A stretch of 58,356 bases of DNA from Nanobdellota archaeon. GTDB lineage: Archaea; Nanobdellota; Nanobdellia; Woesearchaeales; JAHWHD01. A program made the translations under genes and the position numbers. How positions within the stretch are numbered: the first letter of the stretch is position 1; every line of letters begins with the position of its first letter. Location: assembly GCA_034722435.1 (NCBI GenBank), contig JAYENX010000058.1, positions 1-58,356 of the forward strand. Reading direction: 5' to 3'. Shown piece after piece: positions 1-8,989 of this stretch. The notes under the pieces are model-generated. The model was not told the DNA's origin. It worked only from the letters and a program-made list of their open reading frames with translations, and searched no databases.

Positions 1-652
1 GGTTAGGTAATTTCCCCGGTAAAACTGAAGGTTCGTTTAATGAAGCATCAAAATTAGGAATGAAATCTATGGTTTCTTTTTTAATATCATCAAGAAGTTC
101 TTCTGCAGTTTTTGCTAACCTGGCCTCAGTATATCTCATTGCAGCAGGTGAATCCCCATCAATTGAACCAAAATTACCCTGACCATCAACTAACATATAT
201 CGTAATGAGAAATTTTGAGCCATACGTACCATTGAATCGTATACAGCAGTATCTCCGTGAGGATGATATTTACCAAGAACCTCACCAACAATTCTGGCAG
301 ATTTTTTGAAAGGTTTATCATGAAACATGCCCATCTCGCTCATAGCGAATAAAATACGCCTATGAACTGGTTTAAGCCCGTCTCGCACATCGGGAAGAGC
401 TCTAGAAACAATAACGGACATAGCATAATCAAGGAATGAAGCTTTCATTTCATCAACAATTACAGTCGAAACTACATTTTCGGACATTTCGGACTTTAAT
501 ATATCGGGTTCAGATGTATCAATGTTAATTTCAGGATTAGGTTCTGAATTAGAATCTTTAATTGAATTTTCAACCGCTTCAACTATTTTTTCTTCAGAAC
601 CAGAATTAACTTCGGTTTCTTGATCTTCGTCGCTATTTTTTTCTTTTTCCAT
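1..652 (-). CDS. gyrA: DNA gyrase subunit A, N-terminal part (runs off the window edge)
   Basis: Manual translation from ATG 652 gives ...[35 protein letters not shown]...[62 protein letters not shown], including the catalytic Tyr motif. Alternative start at Met 487. Absent from the ORF track because there is no stop in the window. Confidence 0.97.
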   Translation of the reverse strand, partial: MEKEKNSDEDQETEVNSGSEEKIVEAVENSIKDSNSEPNPEINIDTSEPDILKSEMSENVVSTVIVDEMKASFLDYAMSVIVSRALPDVRDGLKPVHRRILFAMSEMGMFHDKPFKKSARIVGEVLGKYHPHGDTAVYDSMVRMAQNFSLRYMLVDGQGNFGSIDGDSPAAMRYTEARLAKTAEELLDDIKKETIDFIPNFDASLNEPSVLPGKLPN

Positions 653-768
653 TATTTTTCACAAGAGAACGGAATTTAGTTCCATTTATAAATGTTTTGT
701 TAGAATTCAGGAAGGAGAAGGGCTGTACTTCAAGAATTTGAAAAGTGTACAATTTTAATTAAAAAAAC

Positions 769-909
769 TTACAACTTTTCAAGAATGTTATCTTTAACTG
801 AAAATGATTTATTACAATAAACACATTTTTTGACTTTTTTTGTTAAAAAAGAGTCTCTAGTTGCGTACTTCATCTGGTTCTTACACTTAGGACATTTCAA
901 AAGAAACAT
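769..909 (-). CDS. 46-aa zinc-ribbon-like small protein
   Basis: MFLLKCPKCKNQMKY...KKCVYCNKSFSVKDNILEKL contains two CxxC motifs. Its ATG overlaps the scpB stop (TGATG). Confidence 0.75.
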   Translation of the reverse strand: MFLLKCPKCKNQMKYATRDSFLTKKVKKCVYCNKSFSVKDNILEKL

Positions 910-1796
910 CAAGATTCATCACCCTCTAAATCAGTATCTGAATCAGAATCAGAAGATGAATCAGAAGAGGGATTAAAAGAGTTAGTATCAGGAGCAGATA
1001 TTTTTTTAATATCGCTGAAAGTTACATCGTCAACAGAAGGCGTAACAGAAGGAATAACATCAGAAGTTTGTTCTGAAGATTTATTTTTTTCAAGTATAGT
1101 TAATGAATCAGCAGGCGTTTCTTCAGTAATAATGTCGGAAGAAGTGTTTAAATCAGAATCTGTATCGACAACAGGATCTGCAGAGTCTTTATTTTCAGTA
1201 CGGGATTTTTCTAATTCTTTTTTTCGTGCAGCTTCATCTATCGCTTGCTCAGTCGCATGAATTTCTTGTTCAACACGAAGAATTTTTTCACGAATCTCTT
1301 TAGGTAAAATCTTTCTGAATACTTGTTGAGCTTCATCTTTAGAAGGAAGATCGAAATAATTAAAAAATTTTTCAGTAAGTTTAATTTTTCTAGTTCTACC
1401 CGAAACAGTTCTTGTAATGAAACCCATAGATTCGAGTTCAGTAAGGTGGTCATAAGCTTTATTTGTTCTAATATGGATAACGTCAGATTGTAAAATAGGG
1501 TAACGCCAAGCAATCACTGCAAGAGTTTCCATTAAAGATTTAGAAAGTTCAGTCTCAGATACGAGATTATGTACAAGAGGCAGATGACGTTCGCTCACTG
1601 ATAATTTCCAGAGATTATCATATTGATAAACTTTCATAGGAGATTTTCGTTTTTCATAATCAGCTTTTAATTCTAATAGTGCAGATTTAATATCGTCTAA
1701 ATGTTTAGTATGACAAAGTTTTGCAATTTCAGCTATATCAATCTTTTTACCAACTGCAAAAAGGATTGCTTCAACTTTTTCCTTTAGTTCATTCAT
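909..1796 (-). CDS. scpB: SMC-Scp complex subunit ScpB with acidic disordered C-terminal tail
   Basis: VEAILFA, LSKSLMETLAVIAWRYPI, GRTRKIKLTEKFFNYFDL match ScpB tandem winged-helix motifs. Confidence 0.9.
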   Translation of the reverse strand: MNELKEKVEAILFAVGKKIDIAEIAKLCHTKHLDDIKSALLELKADYEKRKSPMKVYQYDNLWKLSVSERHLPLVHNLVSETELSKSLMETLAVIAWRYPILQSDVIHIRTNKAYDHLTELESMGFITRTVSGRTRKIKLTEKFFNYFDLPSKDEAQQVFRKILPKEIREKILRVEQEIHATEQAIDEAARKKELEKSRTENKDSADPVVDTDSDLNTSSDIITEETPADSLTILEKNKSSEQTSDVIPSVTPSVDDVTFSDIKKISAPDTNSFNPSSDSSSDSDSDTDLEGDES

Positions 1797-2361
1797 TTTT
1801 TAATATATAACCAGAATCTGTTTTTTCAATAATTTCTTCTTTGACTAAAACATCTAAGAATCCTTCAAGATCTTTCTCAGTAATACCTGAAAGTTTTGAC
1901 ATGGAAGATATATCTTTTTTATTGCCTTTAAGCATAAGAATGACAAAATTTTTCATCAAAGCGTGTACATTTTTACGTAAAAAGAAATTAACAGAGTTAA
2001 GTTTTTTTGAAACCATATCTCCCTGATGAAGTTTAGCTTGAAGATCTGTCAAAAAGTCTGACAAGTCTGAAGCAGTAAGCTTAAGATGGTCAGGAGAAAG
2101 TATCTCGATTGAAGATGGCATGAAATCAAAACAAAAACCAATCAAATCAGATATTTTTTTTACTTCAATCTCTATTTCAACAAATGCGCTGAAAAGATGG
2201 TCTTGTTCTTTTATTTCTGATAAAAAAGAATCTGTTATTTTAAATTGTTTTAAAGCTTTAATTTGATTAACTAAACTTTGTAAAGTAGTTTCTACGTGTT
2301 CTTTTGGTTTACCCAATACTTCAAGTATTGCTTTTGAGACTATTTTAGTTTCTTCGTCCAT
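1789..2361 (-). CDS. Conserved archaeal hypothetical protein with possible C-terminal winged helix
   Basis: EVLGKPKEHV and FDFMPSSIEI motifs. The ATG at 2361 lies 23 nt from a TATA box (2385-2392), so it is preferred over the GTG at 2370. Confidence 0.7.
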   Translation of the reverse strand: MDEETKIVSKAILEVLGKPKEHVETTLQSLVNQIKALKQFKITDSFLSEIKEQDHLFSAFVEIEIEVKKISDLIGFCFDFMPSSIEILSPDHLKLTASDLSDFLTDLQAKLHQGDMVSKKLNSVNFFLRKNVHALMKNFVILMLKGNKKDISSMSKLSGITEKDLEGFLDVLVKEEIIEKTDSGYILKNE

Positions 2362-2410
2362 AGAATACACAAAATAAAGGAGTATTTATAAGGTTTTTGT
2401 TATGAAGATA

Positions 2411-2614
2411 TCATGTTTCAGTTATGATTATTACCTTAACAGGACAAACCTCTGCAGCTTCTTTATTACAGCCTAATTCGTCAACAGAGTCATTTTTTAG
2501 TTTTGCCTTATATCCAGCATCTTCTTCCACCATGTCCCAATTATCTGCGCAAACACTTGCGCACGCACCGCAACCAATACATCCGTCCTTGTTAAATTCA
2601 ATCTTAAAAGCCAT
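2411..2614 (-). CDS. Single-cluster ferredoxin
   Basis: CIGCGACASVC...CPV, 67 aa. Confidence 0.93.
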   Translation of the reverse strand: MAFKIEFNKDGCIGCGACASVCADNWDMVEEDAGYKAKLKNDSVDELGCNKEAAEVCPVKVIIITET

Positions 2615-2839
2615 TTACTCACCCTTCTTATCTATTAAATCGTTAATCTTTTTGACCATTTCTTCAACCTGTTCATCAGACAAACCGTGAGCTTTACAAC
2701 CTTGCTCAAGAGTTTCAAATGCAGCTACATGACAACCTATACAATGTAAACCATAGCTTAACAAGATTTCACTACATTCAGGACAAACACGCATTATATC
2801 GCCAAAAGTCATATCTTTGTTTATTTTTTTATCAGACAT
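2615..2839 (-). CDS. DUF1858 domain protein (HCP-associated redox disulfide domain)
   Basis: INKDMTFGDI...GLHCIGCHVAAFETLEQGCKAHG. Confidence 0.88.
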   Translation of the reverse strand: MSDKKINKDMTFGDIMRVCPECSEILLSYGLHCIGCHVAAFETLEQGCKAHGLSDEQVEEMVKKINDLIDKKGE

Positions 2840-2942
2840 TTTAGGTAGAATTTATGAGAGGAGTTTATAAATCTTTCTTTGTATTTATAAATTGATTCAG
2901 CCAATAGAAACCTTTATTAAAAGTTGAAAAATGTTGAACAAC

Positions 2943-5900
2943 ATGGAATCTCTCGGTGTGTGCCTGGGTGCTTCAAGCATCAGCATTGTTAAACTTTCTA
3001 AGAATGAAAATGTAAAAGTTGAGAAAGTTATAGTCGTAGCTCATGAAGGAAATCCTAAAGCCGTATTTGAAAATGAAATTAAAAAATTTAAAAATATTGA
3101 TTCAATTGCAGTCACGGGAAGAAAGTTTAGAAAACTTGTCAATCTAAGTTCTATAACAGAACCTGAAGCAACAGAGATTGCTCTGGAATTTGTCAATAAA
3201 AATAGAGCAAGATATAATGCAATTGTTAGCGTCGGAGGGGAGACGTTCATGGTTTATGTTATTGATGAAGAAGGAAAGATTTCTTCAGTTCATACAGGTA
3301 ATAAATGTGCATCAGGTACAGGAGAATTCTTTTTGCAACAAATAAGAAGAATGGATTTATCGGCTGATGAGGCAATCAGCATGGCAAAAGGTGCAGAACC
3401 GCATAAAGTTGCAGGTAGATGTTCAGTTTTTTGTAAAAGCGATTGTACGCATGCATTAAATAAAGGTGAACCAAAAGGTAATGTCACTGCAGGACTTTGT
3501 GAAATGATGGCTAAAAAAGTGTCTGAGCTATTAGCTAAAGTTAATAATGAAAAAGTACTGTTAGTAGGGGGATCGTCCCAGAATTCTGTGATGGTTGATT
3601 TTCTTAAAAAAGATATTCCTGGATTGGTTGTGCCTGAAGAAGCAACATATTTTGAAGCACTAGGTACTGCATTATGGGCACTTGAAAATGAAACTAAAAA
3701 TATTTCAGAAGATTTATTTGTTGAAGGAAGTTCATCATTTGAGTTCTTGCCAAAACTTTCTGATTTTGAAGATATGGTAGAGTTCAAGAATATTGAGTCT
3801 GCAGATGCGGAAGATAGTGATGAATGCATCATAGGGCTCGATGTTGGTTCAACCACGACAAAAGCAATTCTTCTTAGAATTAAAGATGATGCAGTTCTTG
3901 GTTCAATATATTTACGAACAAAAGGGGATCCTGTAAAAGCTTCGCGTGAATGTTATGAAGCACTCCATGAACACATCAAAGGTGCTAAAGTAAATGTAAT
4001 AGGTTTAGGGGTGACAGGTTCAGGGAGACAAATTGCAGGGTTACATGCTTTAACAAAAGGAGTAATCAACGAAATTATAGCTCACGCAACTGCAGCAGTA
4101 TATTTTGATAAAGAAGTAGACACTATATTTGAAATAGGTGGGCAAGATGCCAAGTATACTTACATTACAAACGGGGTGCCATCAGACTATGCAATGAATG
4201 AAGCATGTTCGGCAGGTACAGGAAGTTTTCTGGAAGAAAGTGCGAAAGAGAGTTTAGGTATTGATGTAGAAAATATTGCAGAAAGTGCTTTGAAAGGTGA
4301 TAAACCCCCAAATTTCAATGATCAGTGTGCAGCATTCATAAGTTCAGATATTAAAAATGCAGGACAAGAAGGAATAAGTAAAGATAATATTATTGCGGGT
4401 TTAGTTTATTCTATAGGGATGAATTATGTTAACAGAGTAAAAGGGGCTAGACCTGTTGGAAAAAAGGTTTTCATGCAAGGAGGGGTTTGTTATAACAAAG
4501 CAGTTCCAATTGCAATGGCAGGATTAGTAGGTAAAAAAATAATAGTTCCACCCGAGCCTGGTTTAATGGGAGCTTTTGGAGTTGCATTAGTAATAAAACA
4601 AAAGTTAAACATCGAACTTATGGAAAAACAAATATTTGATTTAAAAGATTTAGCCGAAAGAGAAGTTGAGTATGGAAAAAGTTTTGTGTGCATGGGTGGA
4701 GAAGAAAAGTGTGACAGAAAATGTGAAGTCAACATGATAAAGGTAAAAGATAAATTGTATCCGTTCGGCGGTGCATGTAACAAGTATTATAATTTAAGGT
4801 TTGATATAAAAGTTGACAGCAATAAATTAGATCTTATAGATGTTAGACAAAGATTAGTTTTTGAAAAATATTGTCAAACTAACGGTCAAGGAAAAACTAT
4901 AGGTTTCAATAGATCGTTTCTTATGAATACTTTATACCCTTTATTTCATAACTTTTTTTCTGAACTTGGTATGAAAGTATTAATCTCAGATAAGTCAGTT
5001 CAAAAAGGAGTGGACAGGAAAGGTGCTGCTTTCTGTTATCCCGCAGAGATCGCTCACGGGTTATTTGAAGATATTTTGAATAAAAAACCTGATTACTTGT
5101 TTTTACCTTTAATAATTGAATTAAATGTTGGAAATGTAAATAATTATAAGAAAACCTGTCCGTTTATACAAGGAGAACCTTACTACTTAAGAAGTGCTTT
5201 TAAGGATAAATTGGGTGACAAAAAAATATTGAGTCCAGTCTTGAATTTTTCTAAAGGTTATAATAGTCAAGAAAAGGTCTTTATAAAAGTGGGTAAGGAA
5301 CTAGGATACAGTCCTGCAGATTGTTTGAAAGCATATAAAAAAGCAACAGAGATACAAAATGAATTCACAAAAGAGTGTAAAGAGATAGGAAAAAATGCTC
5401 TTGTTGAACTTGAGAAAGATCCAAATAAATTTGGAATGGTGATTTTTGGAAGACCGTATAACGCATTTGCATTCGAAGGAAATATGGGTATACCGCAAAA
5501 GTTCGCTTCAAGAGGAATTTTAGTTATACCTTATGATTTTCTCCCATATGAAAACGAAAAATGCGAAGACGGAATGTACTGGGCTATGGGCCAAATGATT
5601 TTGAAAGGTGCGTCATTTGTTAAAAGACATAAACAATTGTTCGGAACATTCATTACAAATTTTAGTTGCGGACCTGATTCTTTTGTTGTAGGATACTTTA
5701 GAGAATTGATGGGTGTCAAACCTTCTTTAACACTTGAACTTGATAGTCATACTGCAGATGCAGGAGTTAACACTAGAATAGAGGCAGTAATTGACATCAT
5801 AGAAAGTTATAGAGAATTATACAAAAGAGGTAAGATAAATGATGAAGATAAAAGTTTTGAAGAGTCTAAAATAGTTTATGATAAAGGGAAAGCTTATGTT

Positions 5901-7187
5901 ATAGATTCTAATGGATTAAGAGTAGCTTTAACAGATTCTAGAGTTAAAATGTATCTACCTTCAATGGATAGTTTAGGTTCTGTAGCACTCGCACACAGTC
6001 TAAAAAGTTTAGGCATTGATGCAGATTCATTACCAAGTTCAGATATGGACATACTGAAAAAAGGAAGAGGTAATACAACATGTAAAGAGTGCCTCCCTCT
6101 GCAACTAACAGTAGGAGGGCTTTTGAAACAAATAGAGGGTAAACCTAACAACCAAATAATTGTTTATTTTATGCCTGCATCTTCAGGCCCTTGCAGATTT
6201 GGACAATATAAGATTTTCATAGAAAATGTTTTGAAAAAAAATAAAATTAAAAATGTTGCACTTCTTTCGTTAACTGATCAAGATAGTTACGGAGGTTTTG
6301 GAAACAAGTTTACAATAATTGCGTGGAAAGCGATGATTGCGGCAGATGTTATGACCGACATTTTACACGCTATAAAAGCGTTGGCAATCGATAAGCATGG
6401 CGCTGAACAATTATTCTATAGAGAATGGGACAGAATTTTGAATTGTATAAGTTCCAAAGGTGATTTATACAAACAATTGAAAAGTGCTGCGAAAGTGTTG
6501 AAAAGAATCAAAATTAAAATAGATATTAAAGATGCAAAATTTGTAGCAATTATAGGAGAAATATATGTAAGAAGAGACGAATTATCGCGACAAGGGTTAA
6601 TTAAAAAATTGGCAGACAGAGGTTTTGTTGCGAAAGTAGCGCACATATCTGAATGGATATATTATACAAATTATATAGCTAAAAAAAGTTTAGGTGCAAG
6701 AGATAATGATTCTTTGAAGAAAAGGGCCGGGATATATTTAAGAGAATTTTTTCAAGACAAATTTGAAAATAAAATTAAAAATATACTTGCACAGAGCGGT
6801 CTTTATAGGTTTGAAAAAGAAGATATAGAAAAGACAATAAAGTATGGTTCTAAATTTGTTAATCCGCATTTTACAGGGGAAGCTTTGTTAACAGTCGGGT
6901 TAGCATTAAGAGAAGTTTTACATACTGCACATGGAGTTATTTCAATAGGTCCATTTGGTTGTATGCCTTCAAGAGTTTCTGAAGCGATTCTTACTGAAGA
7001 AATGAACATTGAAGGAAAACGGAAGGCTGCAGGAAATGTTAAAGATTTCGGAATTAAAGAGCTTCCTTTCTTAGCCATAGAAACAGACGGTAATGCATTC
7101 CCTCAATTAATAGAAGCTAGACTTGAAACGTTCTTTCTACAAGCTGATAGAGTATGGGAAAAAATGCAGAAATATAAAAATATTTAA
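2943..7187 (+). CDS. Fused 2-hydroxyacyl-CoA dehydratase activase (two BcrA/D-type ASKHA ATPase domains + DUF2229 + dehydratase-like C-terminus)
   Basis: GNKCASGTGEF, AGRCSVF, GLDVGSTTTK, EIGGQDAKY, MNEACSAGTGSF, FCYPAEIAHG, TNFSCGPDSF, CKECLPLQLTVG, GPFGCMP. Start 2943 is 22 nt from TTTATTAA; the ORF track start is 2931. Confidence 0.9.
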   Translation: MESLGVCLGASSISIVKLSKNENVKVEKVIVVAHEGNPKAVFENEIKKFKNIDSIAVTGRKFRKLVNLSSITEPEATEIALEFVNKNRARYNAIVSVGGETFMVYVIDEEGKISSVHTGNKCASGTGEFFLQQIRRMDLSADEAISMAKGAEPHKVAGRCSVFCKSDCTHALNKGEPKGNVTAGLCEMMAKKVSELLAKVNNEKVLLVGGSSQNSVMVDFLKKDIPGLVVPEEATYFEALGTALWALENETKNISEDLFVEGSSSFEFLPKLSDFEDMVEFKNIESADAEDSDECIIGLDVGSTTTKAILLRIKDDAVLGSIYLRTKGDPVKASRECYEALHEHIKGAKVNVIGLGVTGSGRQIAGLHALTKGVINEIIAHATAAVYFDKEVDTIFEIGGQDAKYTYITNGVPSDYAMNEACSAGTGSFLEESAKESLGIDVENIAESALKGDKPPNFNDQCAAFISSDIKNAGQEGISKDNIIAGLVYSIGMNYVNRVKGARPVGKKVFMQGGVCYNKAVPIAMAGLVGKKIIVPPEPGLMGAFGVALVIKQKLNIELMEKQIFDLKDLAEREVEYGKSFVCMGGEEKCDRKCEVNMIKVKDKLYPFGGACNKYYNLRFDIKVDSNKLDLIDVRQRLVFEKYCQTNGQGKTIGFNRSFLMNTLYPLFHNFFSELGMKVLISDKSVQKGVDRKGAAFCYPAEIAHGLFEDILNKKPDYLFLPLIIELNVGNVNNYKKTCPFIQGEPYYLRSAFKDKLGDKKILSPVLNFSKGYNSQEKVFIKVGKELGYSPADCLKAYKKATEIQNEFTKECKEIGKNALVELEKDPNKFGMVIFGRPYNAFAFEGNMGIPQKFASRGILVIPYDFLPYENEKCEDGMYWAMGQMILKGASFVKRHKQLFGTFITNFSCGPDSFVVGYFRELMGVKPSLTLELDSHTADAGVNTRIEAVIDIIESYRELYKRGKINDEDKSFEESKIVYDKGKAYVIDSNGLRVALTDSRVKMYLPSMDSLGSVALAHSLKSLGIDADSLPSSDMDILKKGRGNTTCKECLPLQLTVGGLLKQIEGKPNNQIIVYFMPASSGPCRFGQYKIFIENVLKKNKIKNVALLSLTDQDSYGGFGNKFTIIAWKAMIAADVMTDILHAIKALAIDKHGAEQLFYREWDRILNCISSKGDLYKQLKSAAKVLKRIKIKIDIKDAKFVAIIGEIYVRRDELSRQGLIKKLADRGFVAKVAHISEWIYYTNYIAKKSLGARDNDSLKKRAGIYLREFFQDKFENKIKNILAQSGLYRFEKEDIEKTIKYGSKFVNPHFTGEALLTVGLALREVLHTAHGVISIGPFGCMPSRVSEAILTEEMNIEGKRKAAGNVKDFGIKELPFLAIETDGNAFPQLIEARLETFFLQADRVWEKMQKYKNI

Positions 7188-7210
7188 ATTCGAAAATACA
7201 CGTAATCCTT

Positions 7211-8572
7211 ATGTTTAAATCAAAACTTTTACTTCATTATAAAAGGATAGAAATACAACAAGCCATGGTTGAAGCTGCAAAAAGTAGAGAGGTGGCTGTT
7301 AGCTATAATATGAAAGGTTATGGTAAAAGGCCTGATGTTCTAAATCATGCAAATGATGTTATGGAACTTGTTAAAGGAGGGGCAACAAGTTTTCATGTAT
7401 CTGAAGAAATATGGAGCAATCCTTTGCAAATAGATTCTAAGATGAGTAGAAAGGAGCTCGAGAATCTCAGAAAAGGTTGGGATTTGCTTTTAGATATTGA
7501 TTGTAAGTCTCTTGAATATTCTAAGATAACCGCAGATCTTTTAATAAAAGCTTTAAAGTATCATGACATAAAATGTATAAGTTGTAAGTTTTCAGGTAAT
7601 CATGGATTTCATATAGGAATCCCTTTTGAAGCTTTCCCTGATAAAGTACATAATAAAGAAACGCGAACTCTATTTCCTGAAGCGCCAAGATTTATTGCAG
7701 CATATCTTCAGAGTATGATTAAAGAGAAATTGGTTGAAAACCTGTTAAAGTTTGAAGATATAAACACGATTGCGGCAAAAACTGAGAAAACATATACTGA
7801 GATTATCAAAGATAACAAATTCGATCCATTTGAAGTAATAGATATAGATACTATCTTAATAGCGTCCAGGCACCTCTACAGAATGCCTTATTCTTTTAAT
7901 GAAAAATCTGGCTGGGTATCAATACCTATAGATCCAGATAAAGTTTTAGAGTTTGATGTTGAGACTGCTAAAGCTGAAAATGTGAAAATCTCAGAGTTTA
8001 AGTTTTTAGATGTAAACAAAGTAAGACCTAATGAAGCGCGACAATTAATTTTACAAGCGTACGATTTTAATCTTAAAAAAATAGATGAATATAAAGAAGA
8101 AAAACAGTCAAGATATGAAGATCTTCAAGAGGCAATTCCTGAACAGTTCTTCCCTCCATGTATTAAAAAAGTTTTAGAGGGTTTAGATGATGGTAAAAAA
8201 AGGGCAGTATTCATACTTATCAACTTTCTTTCATCAGTAGGCTGGGGATATGACGAGATAGAGAAAAGGCTTAAAGAGTGGAATAGCAGGAATAAAGACC
8301 CTCTTAAAGAGGTATATTTGTTAGGTCAAGCAAGATATGCTAAGCAGCACAAAAAAAAAATATTGCCACCAAACTGTAATAATAATATGTATTATAAGGA
8401 TCTGGCAATCTGTTTGCCTGACAATTTATGCGGGAAGGTTAAGAATCCTGTGAATTATGCGCGAAGAAAGACATTTTTCTTGAATAGAGAGAAGATGAAG
8501 GAGAAGAACAAGGCAAAGAAGAAAGCTGAAAAGAAAGAGAAAAATAAAAAGGAATCACAGAAGAAACAATAA
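7211..8572 (+). CDS. priSL: DPANN-type fused DNA primase (PriS catalytic domain + PriL C-terminal Fe-S domain)
   Basis: WDLLLDID and SGNHGFHI (PriS), followed by FPPCIKK...PPNC...AICLPDNLC (PriL-CTD cysteines) in one ORF. Confidence 0.92.
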   Translation: MFKSKLLLHYKRIEIQQAMVEAAKSREVAVSYNMKGYGKRPDVLNHANDVMELVKGGATSFHVSEEIWSNPLQIDSKMSRKELENLRKGWDLLLDIDCKSLEYSKITADLLIKALKYHDIKCISCKFSGNHGFHIGIPFEAFPDKVHNKETRTLFPEAPRFIAAYLQSMIKEKLVENLLKFEDINTIAAKTEKTYTEIIKDNKFDPFEVIDIDTILIASRHLYRMPYSFNEKSGWVSIPIDPDKVLEFDVETAKAENVKISEFKFLDVNKVRPNEARQLILQAYDFNLKKIDEYKEEKQSRYEDLQEAIPEQFFPPCIKKVLEGLDDGKKRAVFILINFLSSVGWGYDEIEKRLKEWNSRNKDPLKEVYLLGQARYAKQHKKKILPPNCNNNMYYKDLAICLPDNLCGKVKNPVNYARRKTFFLNREKMKEKNKAKKKAEKKEKNKKESQKKQ

Positions 8573-8612
8573 GGACAAGATTTATAAATAAACAGCATAT
8601 CAGCCTGTATAA

Positions 8613-8789
8613 ATGGTTAAGAAGTGTATGATTTGTGGCGAGGAAGGGAAGTTCTGTATTAAAGGGAGTAACGAGTGTTATTGTGAAGAATGTGCAAATG
8701 AAAATTTTAATGATTTAAGTTATTTGCAAAGAGTTGAGGAACAAGCTGCAGCTCTCAAAGAAGCAATAAAAGAAGAATATAACTATTGA
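8613..8789 (+). CDS. 58-aa Cys-rich small protein
   Basis: MVKKCMICGEEGKFCIKGSNECYCEECANE...; TTTATAAA (8581-8588) is 24 nt upstream of the ATG. Below the ORF-track length cutoff. Confidence 0.8.
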   Translation: MVKKCMICGEEGKFCIKGSNECYCEECANENFNDLSYLQRVEEQAAALKEAIKEEYNY

Positions 8790-8812
8790 AGAGTGTATAA
8801 AAAACAGTAAAC

Positions 8813-8820
8813 TTTATAAG
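8813..8820 (+). promoter_or_regulatory. TATA box of the ribosomal superoperon
   Basis: TTTATAAG preceded by a purine-rich BRE-like tract; implies a leader of about 145 nt before uL3. Confidence 0.55.
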
Positions 8821-8885
8821 TAGACTATTTTTCTTGTGAATCTATTAAGAAGTGTTTATAATGAATAAACACTGTTGCACAAACT

Positions 8886-8960
8886 AGCCTGAAAAGGAGC
8901 TTTTCAGTACAAGTTTAATAAATTAAACTTATTCTGATGAAAGGTTTTCAACAAGAGGCT
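8886..8960 (+). promoter_or_regulatory. Structured 5' leader of the uL3 operon (candidate r-leader)
   Basis: Hairpins CTGAAAAG/CTTTTCAG (8889-8907), AAGTTTAA/TTAAACTT (8911-8930) and TGAAA/TTTCA (8938-8950), with a closing stem AGCCT/AGGCT. Confidence 0.5.
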
Positions 8961-8989
8961 TACTTATTCACGATTAAAGGTAACTAAAT

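Noticed and set aside
8886-8946. Type II hammerhead-like register in the uL3 leader (GAAA at 8891, UC at 8904-8905, CTGATGA at 8934, stem II AGGTT/AGCCT with one extra A)
   Set aside because: Stem III would be only 2 A-U and 2 G-U pairs, while the same bases form a perfect 8-bp hairpin that buries GAAA and the cleavage site. Self-cleavage in a ribosomal operon leader is also implausible. An in vitro cleavage assay would settle it.
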